Assembly (NCBI GenBank): GCA_977017645.1
Contig: OZ360222.1
Span: 187,488,001-187,552,000, forward strand
DNA from: Torpedo marmorata
Taxonomy: Eukaryota
Length of the DNA stretch: 64,000 bases
Direction of reading: 5' to 3'
Shown here: piece by piece, positions 48,001 to 60,706 of the stretch
How the letters are laid out: the number at the start of each line of letters is the position of its first letter
Numbering within the stretch: position 1 is the stretch's first letter
Translations under genes and position numbers: made by a program
Notes under the pieces: generated by a model
Told to the model about the DNA's origin: nothing
The model's input: only the letters and a program-made list of their open reading frames with translations
Databases searched by the model: none

Positions 48001-51000
48001 GGATCTGCATGGGTTTCCTCCAGGTTCTCTGGTTTCCTCCCACCTTTCAAAACGTACAGGGGTTGTAGGTTAAATGGGCGGCACAGACTCGTGGGCTGGT
48101 AGGGCCTGTTACCGTGCTGTATGTCTAAATTTATTAATTTACTTCTGTAAAAACAGAAAAGAAGTCTCACAAATCTCCTTTAAACTTACGCCTCTCATGT
48201 TAAACCAATGCCCTCCAGTACAAGACATCTCCATCCTGAGAAAATGGCACTGATTATCTACCCTCTGCCTCTCTATCAGATCTTCCAGCAAAGTCAAAGC
48301 TCTTTTTCAACACACCAAACCAAAGTAGCGTCAAAATAATACGAGATGTCACCTTGGTCAATTGACTGAATTGCTCCAACTTAAAAGTCAGTTGGAGCAA
48401 GCAGACAGTTGATTGGTGGAGGTGTGAGCAGGCGACCAGTTATAAACACCATAAAATTGTGGAACCGTGTAGTGGAGCGGTCATCGAGGGAGCGGATTTT
48501 GTCGGAGTGGACTGAGGCAGTGTGCTAAGGCTTTGGCTCAAATGGCTTCGGCAAAAACAGGCAAGAGCGAGGGTTATCGTGGGTGAGTATATTGTTCAAC
48601 CCTTATTAGCGTTAATAGATTAGGTATTATGACTATAGGGTTAGTATTCTGTGTTGAGTGTCAGGTGTGGGGTCCCTGGGAGACACTAAGCCTCCCCGAT
48701 TCCCACATCTGCGCCAGGTGCACCAAGGTGCAGCTCCTCAGAGACAGAGTTAAGGAACTGGAGCTGCAGCTTGATGACCCAAGGCTCATTCGGGAGAATG
48801 AGGAAGTGATAGATTGGAGCCACAGGGAATATGTAGAGAACACTTCTGTGGCCACCCCGTCAGCAACCGGTTTATCTTTCTGGATAATATTGGGGAGGAT
48901 GACCTGACAGAGGACAACCCCAAGGGACTGGGTCTCTGGCACTAAGCATAGCTCTGTAGCGGAGAGGGCGAAGAGGCACACAATAGTGATAGAAGATTCC
49001 ATTGTGAGGAGAACAGACAGAAGATACTGTGAGCCTTATAGACACCCGGATAGTGTGTTGCCCCCCCGGTGCCAGGGTACGGGATGTCTCAAATCGGGTC
49101 CAGAACATTTTGAGGGGAGAGGGCGAATAACCAGAAGTCTTGGTACATGTTGGTACCAATGACATAGGTAAGATAAATCAGGAGGTCCGGTAGAGGAAAT
49201 ATAGGGAATTAGGGAGGAAACTGAGAAGCAGGACCTCCAGGGTGGTAATCTCAGGATTACTGCCTGTGCCACGTGCTAGTGAGGGCAAAAATAGTGAGAT
49301 CAGGCAAATAAATGCGTGGCTGAGAAACTGGTGCGGGGGCAGGGCTTCAGATTCTTGGTTCATTGGAATCTCTTTTGGGGAAGGTATGACCTAAACAAAA
49401 AGGAATGACCTAAACAAAAAGGATGGGTTAAACCCAAAGGGGACCAATATTCTGGAGGGCAGGTTTAATATAGCTGTTCGGGAGGGTTTAAACTAATTTG
49501 GCAGGAGGATGGGAACCACAGTGCTTGGGTTGAAGAAGGTGGAAACAGCAGTAAAGTGAAGATTGAGTGCAGCAAGGATGACAGGCAGGCGATGAGTCAA
49601 AATAATAGTCGGAGGGATGACAGAGACACAGTACATTCATAAACTGGTCTAGAGGTATTATCCTTAAATGCACGCAGCATTAGAAACAAGGTGGATGATC
49701 TTGCTGTACAGCTACAGATTGGAGGGTACGATGTTGTGGCCATTACTGAGTCCTGGCTAAAGGATGGATGTCATTGGGAGCTGAACGTCCAAGGATACAC
49801 GGTGTATCACAAGGATAAGCAGGGAGGTAGAGGGGGCGGCATGGCTCTGCTGGTAAGAAACAATATTAAATCATTGGAAAGAAGTGATATCGGATGAGAA
49901 GAGGTAGAGTCCTTCTGGGTTGAGTTAAGGAATGGTAAAGGTAAAAGGACAGTAATGGCAGTTTTATACAGGCCCTCAAACAGCAGACTACAACAGAATA
50001 AAAATACAACTGGAAATAGGGTATGTCAGAAGGACAGCGTTATGATAATCATGGGGGATTTTAACATGAAAGTAGATTGGGAAAGTCAGGTGTTATGGAC
50101 CATGACTGACCATTTGGACTGCGGACGGTCAGCAGGAAGGATGAAGTCTTCTGGAGTACACACTGGGACCAGGTACTGAAAGAGTTAACTTGCCCAGGGC
50201 TTGCTGTACTCAGAGAGACACACACCAGAGAGAGACAGGCTGTGGAAAGATACTTTGTCGCACTTTTGCAAAAGCAGGTACAAACCTCTGCAAAAAGCAT
50301 TCAGATTCTGTTGTTTGGAGTTGCAAAGGCTGGAGAACACAGCAAAATCCAGGCTTGTGCATCCCAGGGGAAAAGGCTGGGAGAATAGCACATGGCCTCC
50401 TGTATCAGCAAAATCCTGATTTAAATCAACTTTTGTGGAGAACAGGCGTGAGATCAGCAAGACCGGCTGTGAGAACCAAGTATACGCCTCAATCCAAAAC
50501 TGATATAGAATTGCAATCCTCAAGTATCTACCAAAAGGGAAAGTCATCAGAGAAGATAAGCAGGCCAAGCATTCGTAACAGTTATTGTCTCTCTCTCCAA
50601 CCTTCATTAAGAAGTCCTTTGTGCCAGCACACAGAGCTGAATTTGGACCCTGAACATAGAGAGTGAATTTTTGTGGACTGTATTTTTGGGACTGACTTAT
50701 TTTTAATGACGGACCTCGGGTTTTGGGGAAGGTTTTCTATTTTTTTTCTTGAGGGTTGGGCACAGACTGTAATGGTCACACACACACTCTTTAGATAAGA
50801 ATAGTGTTTAGAGACGTTTATAGTGGGGTTAATTGTTAAGAAATTATATGTTTAATTGTCTTTAATAAATATAAATTTCAATTTTACTCCTTTTGCATTG
50901 CGTCTTCTGTCGTTGCTGGTTTAAGTTTGTAACACAGGTCAGTACGGGACCTCAGGAGAGAGAGTTTGTGGAATGCCTAAGGAATGGCTTTTTGGAGCAG

Positions 51001-54000
51001 CTTGTTGATGAGTCCACCAGGGGATCGGCTGTTCTGGATTGGTGTTGTGCAATGAACTAGAGGTGATTAGAGAGCTTAAGGTGAAGGAATCCTTCGGAGG
51101 CAGTGATCACAATATGATTGAGTTCACTTTGAAATTTGTAAAGAAGTCCAATGTGTCAGTATTTCAGTGGAGTAAAGGAAATTACAGTCGCATGAGAGAG
51201 GAACTGGTTAAAGTCGATTGGAAAAATACACTAATGGGGAAGACAGCAGATCAGCAATGGCTGGAGTTTATACAAGAAATGAGGAAAGTGCAGGTCAGGC
51301 ACATACCAAAAAAAAAAAAGAAAATTGTGAATGGAAAAAGGAAACAATTGTGGCTGACGAGGGAAGTTAAAGCCAAAGTAAAATCAAAAGAGAGGCATAC
51401 AAGGAAGCAAAAATGAGTGGGAAGATACTGGGAAATTTTTTTAAACTTGAAGACAACTACGAAGGTGATTAGGAAGGAAAAGAAGAATTATGAAAGGAGG
51501 TTAGCAAATAATATCAAAGAGAATACTAAAATATTTTTTAAATATATAGAGTAAAATAGTGACCAAAGTAGACATAGAAAACAATGCTGGAGAAATTGTA
51601 ATGAGAGATAAGGAGATGGCAGAGGTACTGAATAAATATTCTGGATCAGTCTTCACTGTGGAAGACATTAATAGCATATTGGACTCTCATGGCTCTCACG
51701 GAAGAGTGCGGTCAAGATCATGAGAGAGAAGGTACTTGGGAACCTAAATGGTCTAAGGGTAGATAAGTCTCCCGGACCGGATGGAATGCACCCTTGGGTT
51801 CTGAAGGAGGTAGTTGTAGAGATTATGGATGCATTGGTAATGATCTTCCAGGAATCAATGGATTCTGGCATGGTTCCGGTGGACTGGAGGATCGCAAATG
51901 TCATTCTGTTGTTTAAGGGAGCTAGGCAGCAGAAAGGAAATTATAGACTTATTAGCCTGATGTCGGTGGTCGGGAAGCTGTTGAAGTTGATGGTCAAGGA
52001 TGATGTTATGGAATATCTGGAAGTGCGTGAAAAGATAGGCCCAAGTCAGCATGGTTTCCTTAAAGGAAAATCATGCCTGACAAACCTATTGCAATTTTTT
52101 TAAGAGATCACAAGTAGGATAGACAGGGGAGATGCAGTGGATGTTGTGTATTTGGACTTTCAAAAGGACTTTGACAGGATGCCACACATAAGGCTGCTCA
52201 ACAAGATGAGAGCCTATGGAATTACTGGAAGGATACTAGCATGGGTAGAGCATTGGCTGATTGGCAGAAAACACAGAGTAAGAATGAAGGGATCCTATTC
52301 TGGATGGCTACTGGTTTACCAGTGGTGTTCTGCAGGAGTCGGTGTTGGGGGCCGCTTCTTTTTATGTTGTATGTAAATGATTTAGATTATGGAATAGATG
52401 GCTTTGTGTCTAAATTTGCAGATGATACAAAAATAGGTGGTAGGGGAGGTGGTGCTGAGGATACCAAAAGGCTGCAGAGAGACTTGGATAGATTAGGAGA
52501 ATGGGCAAAGAGGGGGCAGATGAAATATAATGTTGGAAAGTGTACTGTCATGCACTTTGGTAGAAGAAATAGATAGGCAGATTATTATTTAGATGGGGAG
52601 AAAATTCAAAATTCTGAGGTGCAAAGGCACTTGGGAGTCCTCGTGCAGGATACCCTAAAGGTTGATCTCCAGGTTGAGTAGGTGGTGAAGAAGGCGAATG
52701 CAATGTTGGCATTCAATTCAAGAGGGATAGCATACAAGAGCAGGGATGTAATGTTAAGACTCTATAAAGCACTGGTGAGATCTCACTTGGAGCACTGTGT
52801 ACAGTTTTGGGTGCTTTATTTGAGAAAAGATGTGCTGGCGTTGGAAAAGGCTCAGAGAAGATTTACGAGAATGATACCAGCAATGAAAGGGTTAGTTTAT
52901 GAGGAATGATTGTAGGCTTTTGGACTGTACTCGGAGTACAGAAGGATGAGTGGGGACCTCATTAAGGCATTTCAAATGCTGAAAGGCCTGGACAGGGTAG
53001 ATGTGACAAGGATGTTTCCCATGGTCGGGGATTCTAGGACAAGAGAGCATAATTTCAGCATAAAAGGGCGTCAGTTTACAACAGAGAGGGTCGTGAGTCT
53101 GTGGAACTTGTTGCCACAGGCGGATGTGGAAGTGAGGTCATTGGGTGTATTTAAGGCAGAGATTGACAGGTATTTGATCAAGGGTTACAGGAAGAAAGCC
53201 AGGGAGTTGGGCTGAGTGGGTGGATGGATTAGCTCATGATTAGACTTCTGCTCCTATATCTTGTGAAGATGAAACATTATGATGAAAGGGTGGCACGGTT
53301 AGGGTTGCGGTTAGCGCAATGCTGTTACAGCGGCAGCAATGCGGGTTCGAATCTGGCGCTGTTTGTAAGGAGTTTGTACGTTCTCCCTGTATCTGCATGG
53401 GTTTCCTCTGGGTGCTCTGGTTTCCTCCCACCGTTCAAAATGTACCGGAGGTTGTAGGTCAATTGGGTCAATTAGGCAGCATGGGCTCGTGGGCCAAAAG
53501 GGCCTGTTACTGTACTATGTTTAAATTAATTTAATTTAATAAAAAAATTCACTGCACATCTGAAATAAAACTAGCATTTTTAATACTGCTTATATTAGCC
53601 ACATGCTAAATATAAAACTACCCAAGTCATGAAGAATATTCAGGATGGAAGAAAATTATTAGCATTCAGACAGAGATGGGAGTCAAGGTCTGGACTTGAA
53701 ACCAAATACCTGACGAATCTTACTGAATGGCACAGGCAAATCAAGGATCTCCTGTGTTCTTCTGCCTTTTATGCAGTGTGTTGTGAAGAGAACATAATTG
53801 TGATGTCTTGCAGACAAGGTAAACTGAAATGTTGCAATAAGTTTCAATTTGAAATTCGTTTCATTTCAAAAGAAAGCAATAACAGGTGGACCTTAAGGTG
53901 AACTCAGTCAAAAGTCTTAACCCAAGTCAAGTCGCCTTTATTTGTCGTTCATTACCATATACACAGTAAGATGAGATAGCGTTTCTCCAGGACCATGAGC

Positions 54001-57000
54001 AAATGTACATAAATATCATAATACAAAAAAAAACTAGAACATGCTAATACACATATATATCTAAAAATTGAGGAGCCTGATGGCTTGGGGGAAAAAACTG
54101 TTGCACAATCTGGATGTACGAGCCCGAATGCTTCGGTACCTCATTCCAGATGGCAAAAGGGAAAAAATTTACAAGAGGGGTGTGAGAAGTCCTTCACAAT
54201 GTTATTTGCCTTCCTCATGCATCATGTGTTGTAGATGTCTGTCATAGTGGGAAGAGAGACACCAATAATTTTCTCCGCTGACCCCACTATCCTCTGCAGG
54301 GTCTTTCAGTCCGAGATGGTACAGTTTCCAAACCAAGCGGTGATGCAATTGCTCAGAATACTCTCAATGCATCCCCTGTAGAATGTAGTAAGGATAGAGG
54401 GTGGAAGAACTTTCCTCAGCCTTCGCAGGAAGTAAAGGCGCTGCTGGGCTTTCTTGGCTTTGGAACTGGTGTTGAGGGACAAGGTGAGATTCTCCGCCAA
54501 GTGCACTCCAAGAAACTTGGTACTCTTTACGACCTCAACGGTAGAGCCATCAATGGAGAATGATCCCCCCGGGCCCTCCTGAAGTCCAAACATCACCTTC
54601 TAACATTCAATGCTTTTGAATTGCAATCCCAGAAACCTGTAAATTATTTATATATATATATTGATTTTGCATTGCTATGTGTACATATCATTTGTGTGCA
54701 GGGTGCAGTGTGTGTTTGTTATGGGTGCACTATGGTTCAGAGATACGCTGTTTTGTCGCGTTGTATACGTATATCTACAATCACAGATGAAAATAAACTT
54801 GAACTTGCAAGAGAGCTGTGCAGCTGTTCATGCTTGCTCTGAAAAGTGTTAAAGATCCTCATGAGGATTTATTTTCCTTGGAATCTGTCCTGCAGGCAGT
54901 TTTATACTAGATTAAATCTGGCAACAGTAATCCTACCCCAACATCCTTTCACAACAGAACATCAGTGCCTTGAAATCCATTGTTATTTCGTCCCTTCGTG
55001 AGGAAATTGGATAAGGAGGGGAAGAATATTTTTGTCACTGCTTAACTGGGCAGTGAAAAAATACAGACAGGCCTTCCTCTTCCTGACGAGAGAGAAAAAA
55101 AAACACACAAGTCTGCAGCCAACTAGCCATTAATTCATCCTCAGCTGGTTCTATAATCTCCTTCATGGTCTCTTCTTGGCTCATTGCCTCTTTTAATTGC
55201 AAGAGTAACACTATGTGCTAAGGACCTCTAAAGCTGTTGATTATATCACGTTATCATCAGATGAGTCCGACTTTTCTTGGAACAGAATGACACAGATCAT
55301 GGCAGTTTTCCTTCACCAGGACCTTCATTGCTTCTACAATGCAGTATATTCAGTAAACCAAATGAAAATTGGCAAAACTATATTAGAAAGACTAAGCCAG
55401 TTCAAGTAACAGGATAGAATTGAGGATAGCCTTCAATTAAGTTCCCTCTGAATTTCAATGAGTGCTAAATAAAAATGCATTAAAACTATCTTTATAGCAA
55501 TGATAAAACAGCTGTTATAAAACAGGGGTGCCCTGGTCTTGAAAGACACATTAGGGACTGCTGAGGCAAGGTTATAGATATAACGTATTGGGAAAGATCA
55601 GTGGGGTGGGGAAAGTAGTCATGAAAAGGGATATGGAACAAAGCAAAGGGAAAGATAATAAAGGATCAATCAGCAGGTCACCCAACAGTGGAAAATATGG
55701 GAAAATTATGCAAATTAGGGAAAATGGGGGAAAACATTGAATGGGGGATAAATTGAACAAAATACTAAGTTAAAGGGGAGAAGGAAACAGGGTTCTTTGA
55801 ATGCATGTGCGACTCATTCCAGGGAAGTGGAATGAATCAGAGCAGATATCAGAAATAAATGTCGGGGAACATCAAGACAACAATGACCAATATAATTGAT
55901 AATAACAGAAATACAAACAGGATAAATATTGGGTGAGTACCAACAATTTGGGTCTCTCTTCTCTTGTGAACAGGAAGGGAGGAGAATGACCATTTCCAGT
56001 TGTTGAGAAGAGCATGATGAGAGACCAGTGATATAATATTGTCACCAAGAAATCCAGCAGGAAACCTGGAAAAAATATCTTCACCCAAAGCTCGTGGATC
56101 TCTGTCTCACAAGGAGTGGTTGTAGCACAAAATATGGGGAATGAACAGAGGATCAGAGAATTATTTGACTGAGGAAAGATGGGAGAAGCTTTGTGTGGAA
56201 CACGAACATGGACAAAATAGGCAAAAAGGCACATCCAACAATTCAAGATAAAATAAAATTTACAAACTCCATGACATTTATCTTTGGCACCGTACCGATG
56301 AGATCCTTGTTCCTCCCGTCCACAGAAAGATTCCGCAGTGCTATCGCCACAGCTCGTACAACCTTATCTGAATCAGATCTCAGTAACTCCACCAAGATTG
56401 GGAGGCCTTTCTCTTTCCGCACAGTCGAACGAATGTAATTGGACCACTACAATTATAAGAAAATAAAACTTTCAATCATCCTCACTGGAGAAACAAATAC
56501 CATATGGCAGTGAAATTCAGTGATGGCCTGTCATCCAGGTAAAGTACTACTCCATTTAAGTTTCAGAAGTCAAGATCACAAAAGGAATTGTGAAATACTC
56601 TGCTTTTACATGCAAAATTTGCAAATTGATTGGGAATTTGAAAATCAAATCATGAATTACCGGAATGAAAAAAATCTATCAATATCCTGGCATTGTTTTG
56701 TTGATCGAGCATCTATTTTAGCTGTTTGATAGCTTTCATTTGTGACATGGAGTTGAAAAAAAAAGACAAAATGCCATCGTTTTTAAAAAAAAACACGTGA
56801 CCATGACAGCATTTATTATCAATTCTCAAAAACAATTTGATGTTGAAATTTGGGAGAAATATAAGAATATTTATTTTTTTAAAAACACTAGAAACTTATC
56901 AAAGATGACCTCTGTAGTTCCACACCCGCATATATTTGCATGGCTGAAGTATTATTTCTTCCCTCTCTCCCAGGTATTGTATAATGCACCATTTTGTCAT

Positions 57001-58893
57001 CTTCCAAAACCAACTCCTACAAACTGCAACCACCTTTCCCACCCATTAAGCTCAGATCAGTGACACTGCACTGCAGCAAACAGTCACCCCAGGCAAAAAT
57101 GCATGCTGTAGCTAAGCAGTAAAACACATTTGAATGTTGCCTTTGGTTCAAGAGTCAAACATTCTTTAAAAAAATTCAAAGTACATCCATTAACATGCAT
57201 GTTATACAATGTCTCTGAAGTTTTGAAAAGTGGAAGGGATCACATCGAACTAGCTATGGCCCACACAAACTGCTATGTAAAAATCCTCAAGTCCGCGATC
57301 TCAGAGATCTCTTGGCCTACAATATGTCTGCTCTTCTAGAATGTAATTAACCCAAGGAAATTAATACTCATCTCCTTTCTGAAGGAAACATTCTGGGATC
57401 AATACCATTTAATGCATTAGCCATTAACTACGTATGAATTAGGAATCCTGCCATAATTCATTTAGTTTTCTGATGAGGAAAAGATTGGTCCCCATTATTG
57501 CAAAATATATCTCAACAAATTTTCATGTTTGAGTGTGCATTTGCTGGTAAGGCTTAAAGCAGGATATGGAAGTACTTTCCGTTCATTGATCAATTTACTT
57601 CTTTGTTTACTAGTTCGTGTTTGCAATGTAATTGTTTTTTTTTTTATTTGTGATATTGTGGGACATAGTGGCAGTGGGATTGTCCAAGATTAAAATGAAT
57701 GGCCCTCCACATCCACTGAAAAGTAAAAATTTTTGCTGAACCTAACAGTAGCTACAATGTTGACATTTTACCTGCCTTTAATTTAGAACTAGGGGTCACA
57801 GAATAAGAGCTGAGAACAAATTTTTCTACCTATCTTAGTGAACCATGGGAATTCTCCGCCCGAGAGCTGTGAAGGGTCAGTTGCTGAGTACATTCAGTGG
57901 AGTCTTTCAAATGATAAGGGAATTGTGGGATATGATTAAAGTGGTTCTCGGGTAAAAGACCAGAAAACTGGGAGACCGTGAGAAGGAGCAGAGGAGACGA
58001 CCCACGGGACGGTGACCACGGCAGCGGACCAGTGAGGGGGCTCTGTGGCTGAAAGACCAACGCATGCGGTGGGCTGCTGGTGACTCGAGGCGAGAAACCC
58101 ACGGAGGCTGCAGACTGCTGGAGACTGGCTCGAAACTGGCTGAAGGGGTACCAGGTATCGGAACCGGGATGCGAGGGGGTGCCGAAGGCGCTGAAGGGTT
58201 CCTGACCGTGTCGGAGGTTCGGATCTGGAGCTCGGGTTACCAATGGTTTGGACTGGACTCTGTGTGGCTGCGGAGGCTGCAGAAGCGCTGGAGGCAAATC
58301 TATGGACACTCGGTGACTCTGGGGGGACTCTCTTTTGCTTCTCTTTCTCTGACTGTAAGAGGCACTTCAGGCAATTTCTGCCTATGGCGAATCTGTCTGC
58401 CTTACAGCAGGCAAAAGCAATTTTGTGTAATATGACACTGTTTTATTACATGACAATAAATTGAATCTTGAATAATCTTGCTGAATGGCAGAGCAAGCAC
58501 AAAGGACCAAATGACCTCCTCCTGCTTTTATTTCTTGTTTTCACACATTTTGCTGAAGAATTTGTGTGGGTTTTCCACTCGATAGTTTTAAGTGCATAAA
58601 AACAGTGTCTCTGCAACCAAGTCAACAATTTTCATTGCACAGCAATGCACGCCAATTAAAAAAGTGATCAAACTAGGTGATGGTGCAATGTGTTTGGCCA
58701 TTGGGGTAATGAATTTAATGTTGGAGCAAACAATTTTCAGCGTATCAGTATCTGGTAACACTCACTGTCCACTGCCCAGCACTGAGGTTTTGCAGGGCAC
58801 CTGCTGCGGCCTCCAACGTGTTGTAATTTCGACTTTCTGTCAGCAAAGACAGGTATAGTCGCACCACCTCGGGCTGGTACAGCAGCTCGTAGC
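35942..58893 (-). CDS. ARVCF: ARVCF delta catenin (p120 family), 3' part; eight exons in window, 5' exons lie beyond 64000
   Basis: Exons 58766-58893, 56296-56446, 47096-47288, 45007-45118, 43618-43717, 38511-38558, 37488-37579 and 35942-36043 join in frame with GT-AG sites. Armadillo repeats plus C-terminal KPQPVDSWV; convergent with COMT as in mammals. Confidence 0.95.
37488..37579 (-). CDS. ARVCF: ARVCF exon (C-terminal tail)
   Basis: ttttccaccacag|AT ACC. Translates [30 protein letters not shown] (YSTVDRRER-like). Donor CGG|gtaggc. Confidence 0.88.
38511..38558 (-). CDS. ARVCF: ARVCF small exon (48 nt, phase 1-1)
   Basis: ttctatttttag|GT AAC. Translates [15 protein letters not shown], resembling the IPMDALGP segment of mammalian ARVCF. 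Donor CAG|gtaaat. Confidence 0.85.
39785..41450 (+). mobile_element. Penelope-like element fragment interrupted by a solo LTR
   Basis: HFNSPSH...[31 protein letters not shown] at ~39905-40062; pyrimidine tract resumes after 40963. Confidence 0.7.
40117..40963 (+). mobile_element. Solo LTR (copy 1; first ~9 nt missing)
   Basis: Colinear with 50091-50934; ends ...tttgtaaca; AATAAA near the 3' end. Confidence 0.88.
41491..41665 (-). mobile_element. Young Penelope-like terminus with hammerhead-like motif
   Basis: First ~110 bp nearly identical to 2938-3050. Confidence 0.75.
43618..43717 (-). CDS. ARVCF: ARVCF exon (C-terminal tail)
   Basis: tgtag|CCA. Translates [33 protein letters not shown]; DDSTLPL is typical of the p120 family. 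Donor gtgagt. Confidence 0.92.
45007..45118 (-). CDS. ARVCF: ARVCF exon (last armadillo repeat)
   Basis: tgtag|C CAG. Translates [37 protein letters not shown]. Donor CAG|gtatgg. Confidence 0.95.
46170..46760 (-). mobile_element. CR1 LINE 3' fragment
   Basis: [29 protein letters not shown]...[12 protein letters not shown]. Confidence 0.9.
47096..47288 (-). CDS. ARVCF: ARVCF exon (armadillo repeat)
   Basis: ttcctgcag|GT AAT TAT. Translates [38 protein letters not shown]...LVAINKS. Donor AG|gtaag. Confidence 0.95.
47940..48130 (+). mobile_element. V-type SINE nested in a minus-strand CR1 3' fragment (47745-48280)
   Basis: SINE core plus flanking CR1 3'UTR remnants. Confidence 0.7.
48350..53263 (+). 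mobile_element. Near full-length degenerate CR1 LINE (ORF1 with Cys/coiled-coil and SGNH esterase; ORF2 APE + RT), antisense to ARVCF
   Basis: ORF1: [44 protein letters not shown]2: [48 protein letters not shown]. Many stops and frameshifts. Confidence 0.93.
50091..50934 (+). mobile_element. Solo LTR (copy 2) with 4-bp TSD, inserted in the CR1 endonuclease domain
   Basis: CAGG|TGTTA...TAACA|CAGG: TG...CA termini, 5-bp terminal inverted repeat and TSD CAGG (50087-50090, 50935-50938). Confidence 0.93.
53287..53530 (+). mobile_element. V-type SINE
   Basis: gggtggcacggttag...ggttcgaatc (B-box) ... gtttcctccca ... gggccaaaagggcctgttactgt (CR1-like tail). Confidence 0.85.
54060..54600 (-). mobile_element. 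Rex1/Babar-like LINE fragment
   Basis: KFLGVHL...[15 protein letters not shown]...[19 protein letters not shown]. Confidence 0.85.
56296..56446 (-). CDS. ARVCF: ARVCF exon (armadillo repeat)
   Basis: tgtag|TGG. Translates [50 protein letters not shown]. Donor G|gtacgg. Confidence 0.95.
57840..58472 (+). mobile_element. Non-autonomous retroelement with gacaataaa-(gaatctt) tail; related fragments at 61236-61580 (+) and ~5340-5530 (-)
   Basis: Shared block gggactctcttttgcttctctttctct and tcggaggtt.ggatctggagctc. CpG-rich 5' half, LINE-like tail. Confidence 0.65.
58766..58893 (-). CDS. ARVCF: ARVCF exon (armadillo repeat)
   Basis: cctag|GC TAC GAG. Translates [42 protein letters not shown]. 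Donor gtgagt. Confidence 0.95.
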
Positions 58894-59284
58894 CTAGGAA
58901 GATACAAATGACATTTAATCCATATGCAAATAACTGAACTCATTGTCAGCAATGCTGCAAAACAAAAGAGGGCACAAAATTACAGAAGCTTAAAAATATA
59001 GAGCAAATATGATTGGCGAGCATTAAATGCTATGCAAGAATAAAGCATAATAGCATCATCAGATGAGACTTAATCTACAGATGAGTGGAAGTAAAGCACA
59101 GTGACAAAATATTCAGGCAAATTCTCAAGGAGATTCTGATTGAATTCCTCAGCTAAATATAGTAAATCACAGTGACACATGTTCAAAATAAAAACACATT
59201 ATAAAATAGGAGCATTAGTGTAAAGGGAAATTTGTTGAAATATAGGGGAAGCTAAATGAAAGGATAGAACACATCAGTGATCTA

Positions 59285-59900
59285 TTCTCAGATTTATTGT
59301 CAGAGTACATACATGACATCACATACAATCCTGAGATTCCTTTTCCTGTGGGCAAGGCAGAATTACCACTTATTGGTAGAGCAAAAAAAACTGTATACAA
59401 TGTACACATGTAAACAAATAAATAAATGTAAACAAATGACTGTGCAATACAGAGAGGAAAAAAAACAATAAAGTACAAAAGTAAGAGTCCTTAAATGAGT
59501 CCCTTATTGAGTATATTGTTGAGGAGTCTGATGGTGGAGGGGTAGCAGCTGTTCCTGAACCTGGTGGTGCGAGTCTTGTGGCACCTATACCTCTTTCCTG
59601 ATGGTAGCAGCGAGAACAGAGCATGTGCTGGGTGGTGTGGATCCTTGATGATTGCTGCTGCTCTCCGACGGCAGCGTTCCCCGTAGATGTTCTCGATGGT
59701 GGGGAGGGTTTTGCCTGTGATGTCCTGGGCTGTGTCCACTACCATTTGCAAGGGTTTACGCTCCGGGGTATTGGTGTCCTCATACCAGACCGTGATGCAG
59801 CTGGTCAGCACACTTTCCACCACACATCTGTAGAAATTTACCGGGGTTTCAGATGTTATACCAAACCTCCGCAAACCCCTGAGGAAGTAGAGGTGCTGTG
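59285..59900 (-). mobile_element. Rex1/Babar LINE 3' fragment
   Basis: FYRCVVESVLTSCITVWY...LFSLLPSGKRYR...FRNSCYPSTIRLLN. Confidence 0.9.
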
Positions 59901-60484
59901 GGACGATTAAAGGGGTTTATTGACATGATATGGAATGACCAAAAGAGACGATGCAAGTCTGGAGTTAGGAGTAACCGTAATAGCAACTGATTAAATACTC
60001 AATATCTCTATGAAACCTGCAACTAAAAATATTTTCATAGCATCTTTCACATCCTTTTACAGCGCTTTAAGTAATCACTTCCCAAAGCAAATGCACCCAG
60101 CAAGCTCCAAAAAAGAGCAATGTGATAATAATCAAAGGACCTGCTTTCTGTAACGGGGATTCATGAACAAATACTGATAGACACTGGGGTTAATGGCTCT
60201 GGACATTGCAGCAGAACCAGATATTGTTTACACCCCCCTGTTGAGCTCGTGCATCTCAATGAAAGATAGTACCCAATGCAATCAGGAACATCCTCAATAT
60301 TGCACAGAACTGTCAACCTAGATCAGTGAATCAAAGGCAGAGGGAATTAAAAGTTAATAGGAGTTGGAGTGGCGAGATGGGCTTACTCAAAATGAGAGAG
60401 CAGTACTGACTGAACTTGCTTAAAAAAAAAGAGGACATGACAAGAGAGTGCCCCGAATTTTGATATTTTTTTTGTTTAGAGATA

Positions 60485-60706
60485 TAGCATGGTAACAGGC
60501 CCTTCTGGCCCTCAAGCCCATGCTGCCCAAATACACCCATATGTGTACTAACCCCGTGCGTCTTTGGAATGTGGAAGGAAAGCCGGAGCCCCTGTAGTAA
60601 ACCCACATGGACAAAACATATGAACCGCTTTCAGACAGTGGCAGGTTCCAACACGGGTTGCCGGTGCTGTAAGAGTGCTGCGCTAACGCTACACTAAATA
60701 CACCGC
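60485..60706 (-). mobile_element. V-type SINE (diverged)
   Basis: Reverse complement matches the SINE family above. Confidence 0.65.

Noticed and set aside
40117-50934. A single 10.8-kb provirus bounded by two LTRs
   Set aside because: The interior holds ARVCF exons and CR1 rather than gag/pol, and the second LTR has its own TSD.
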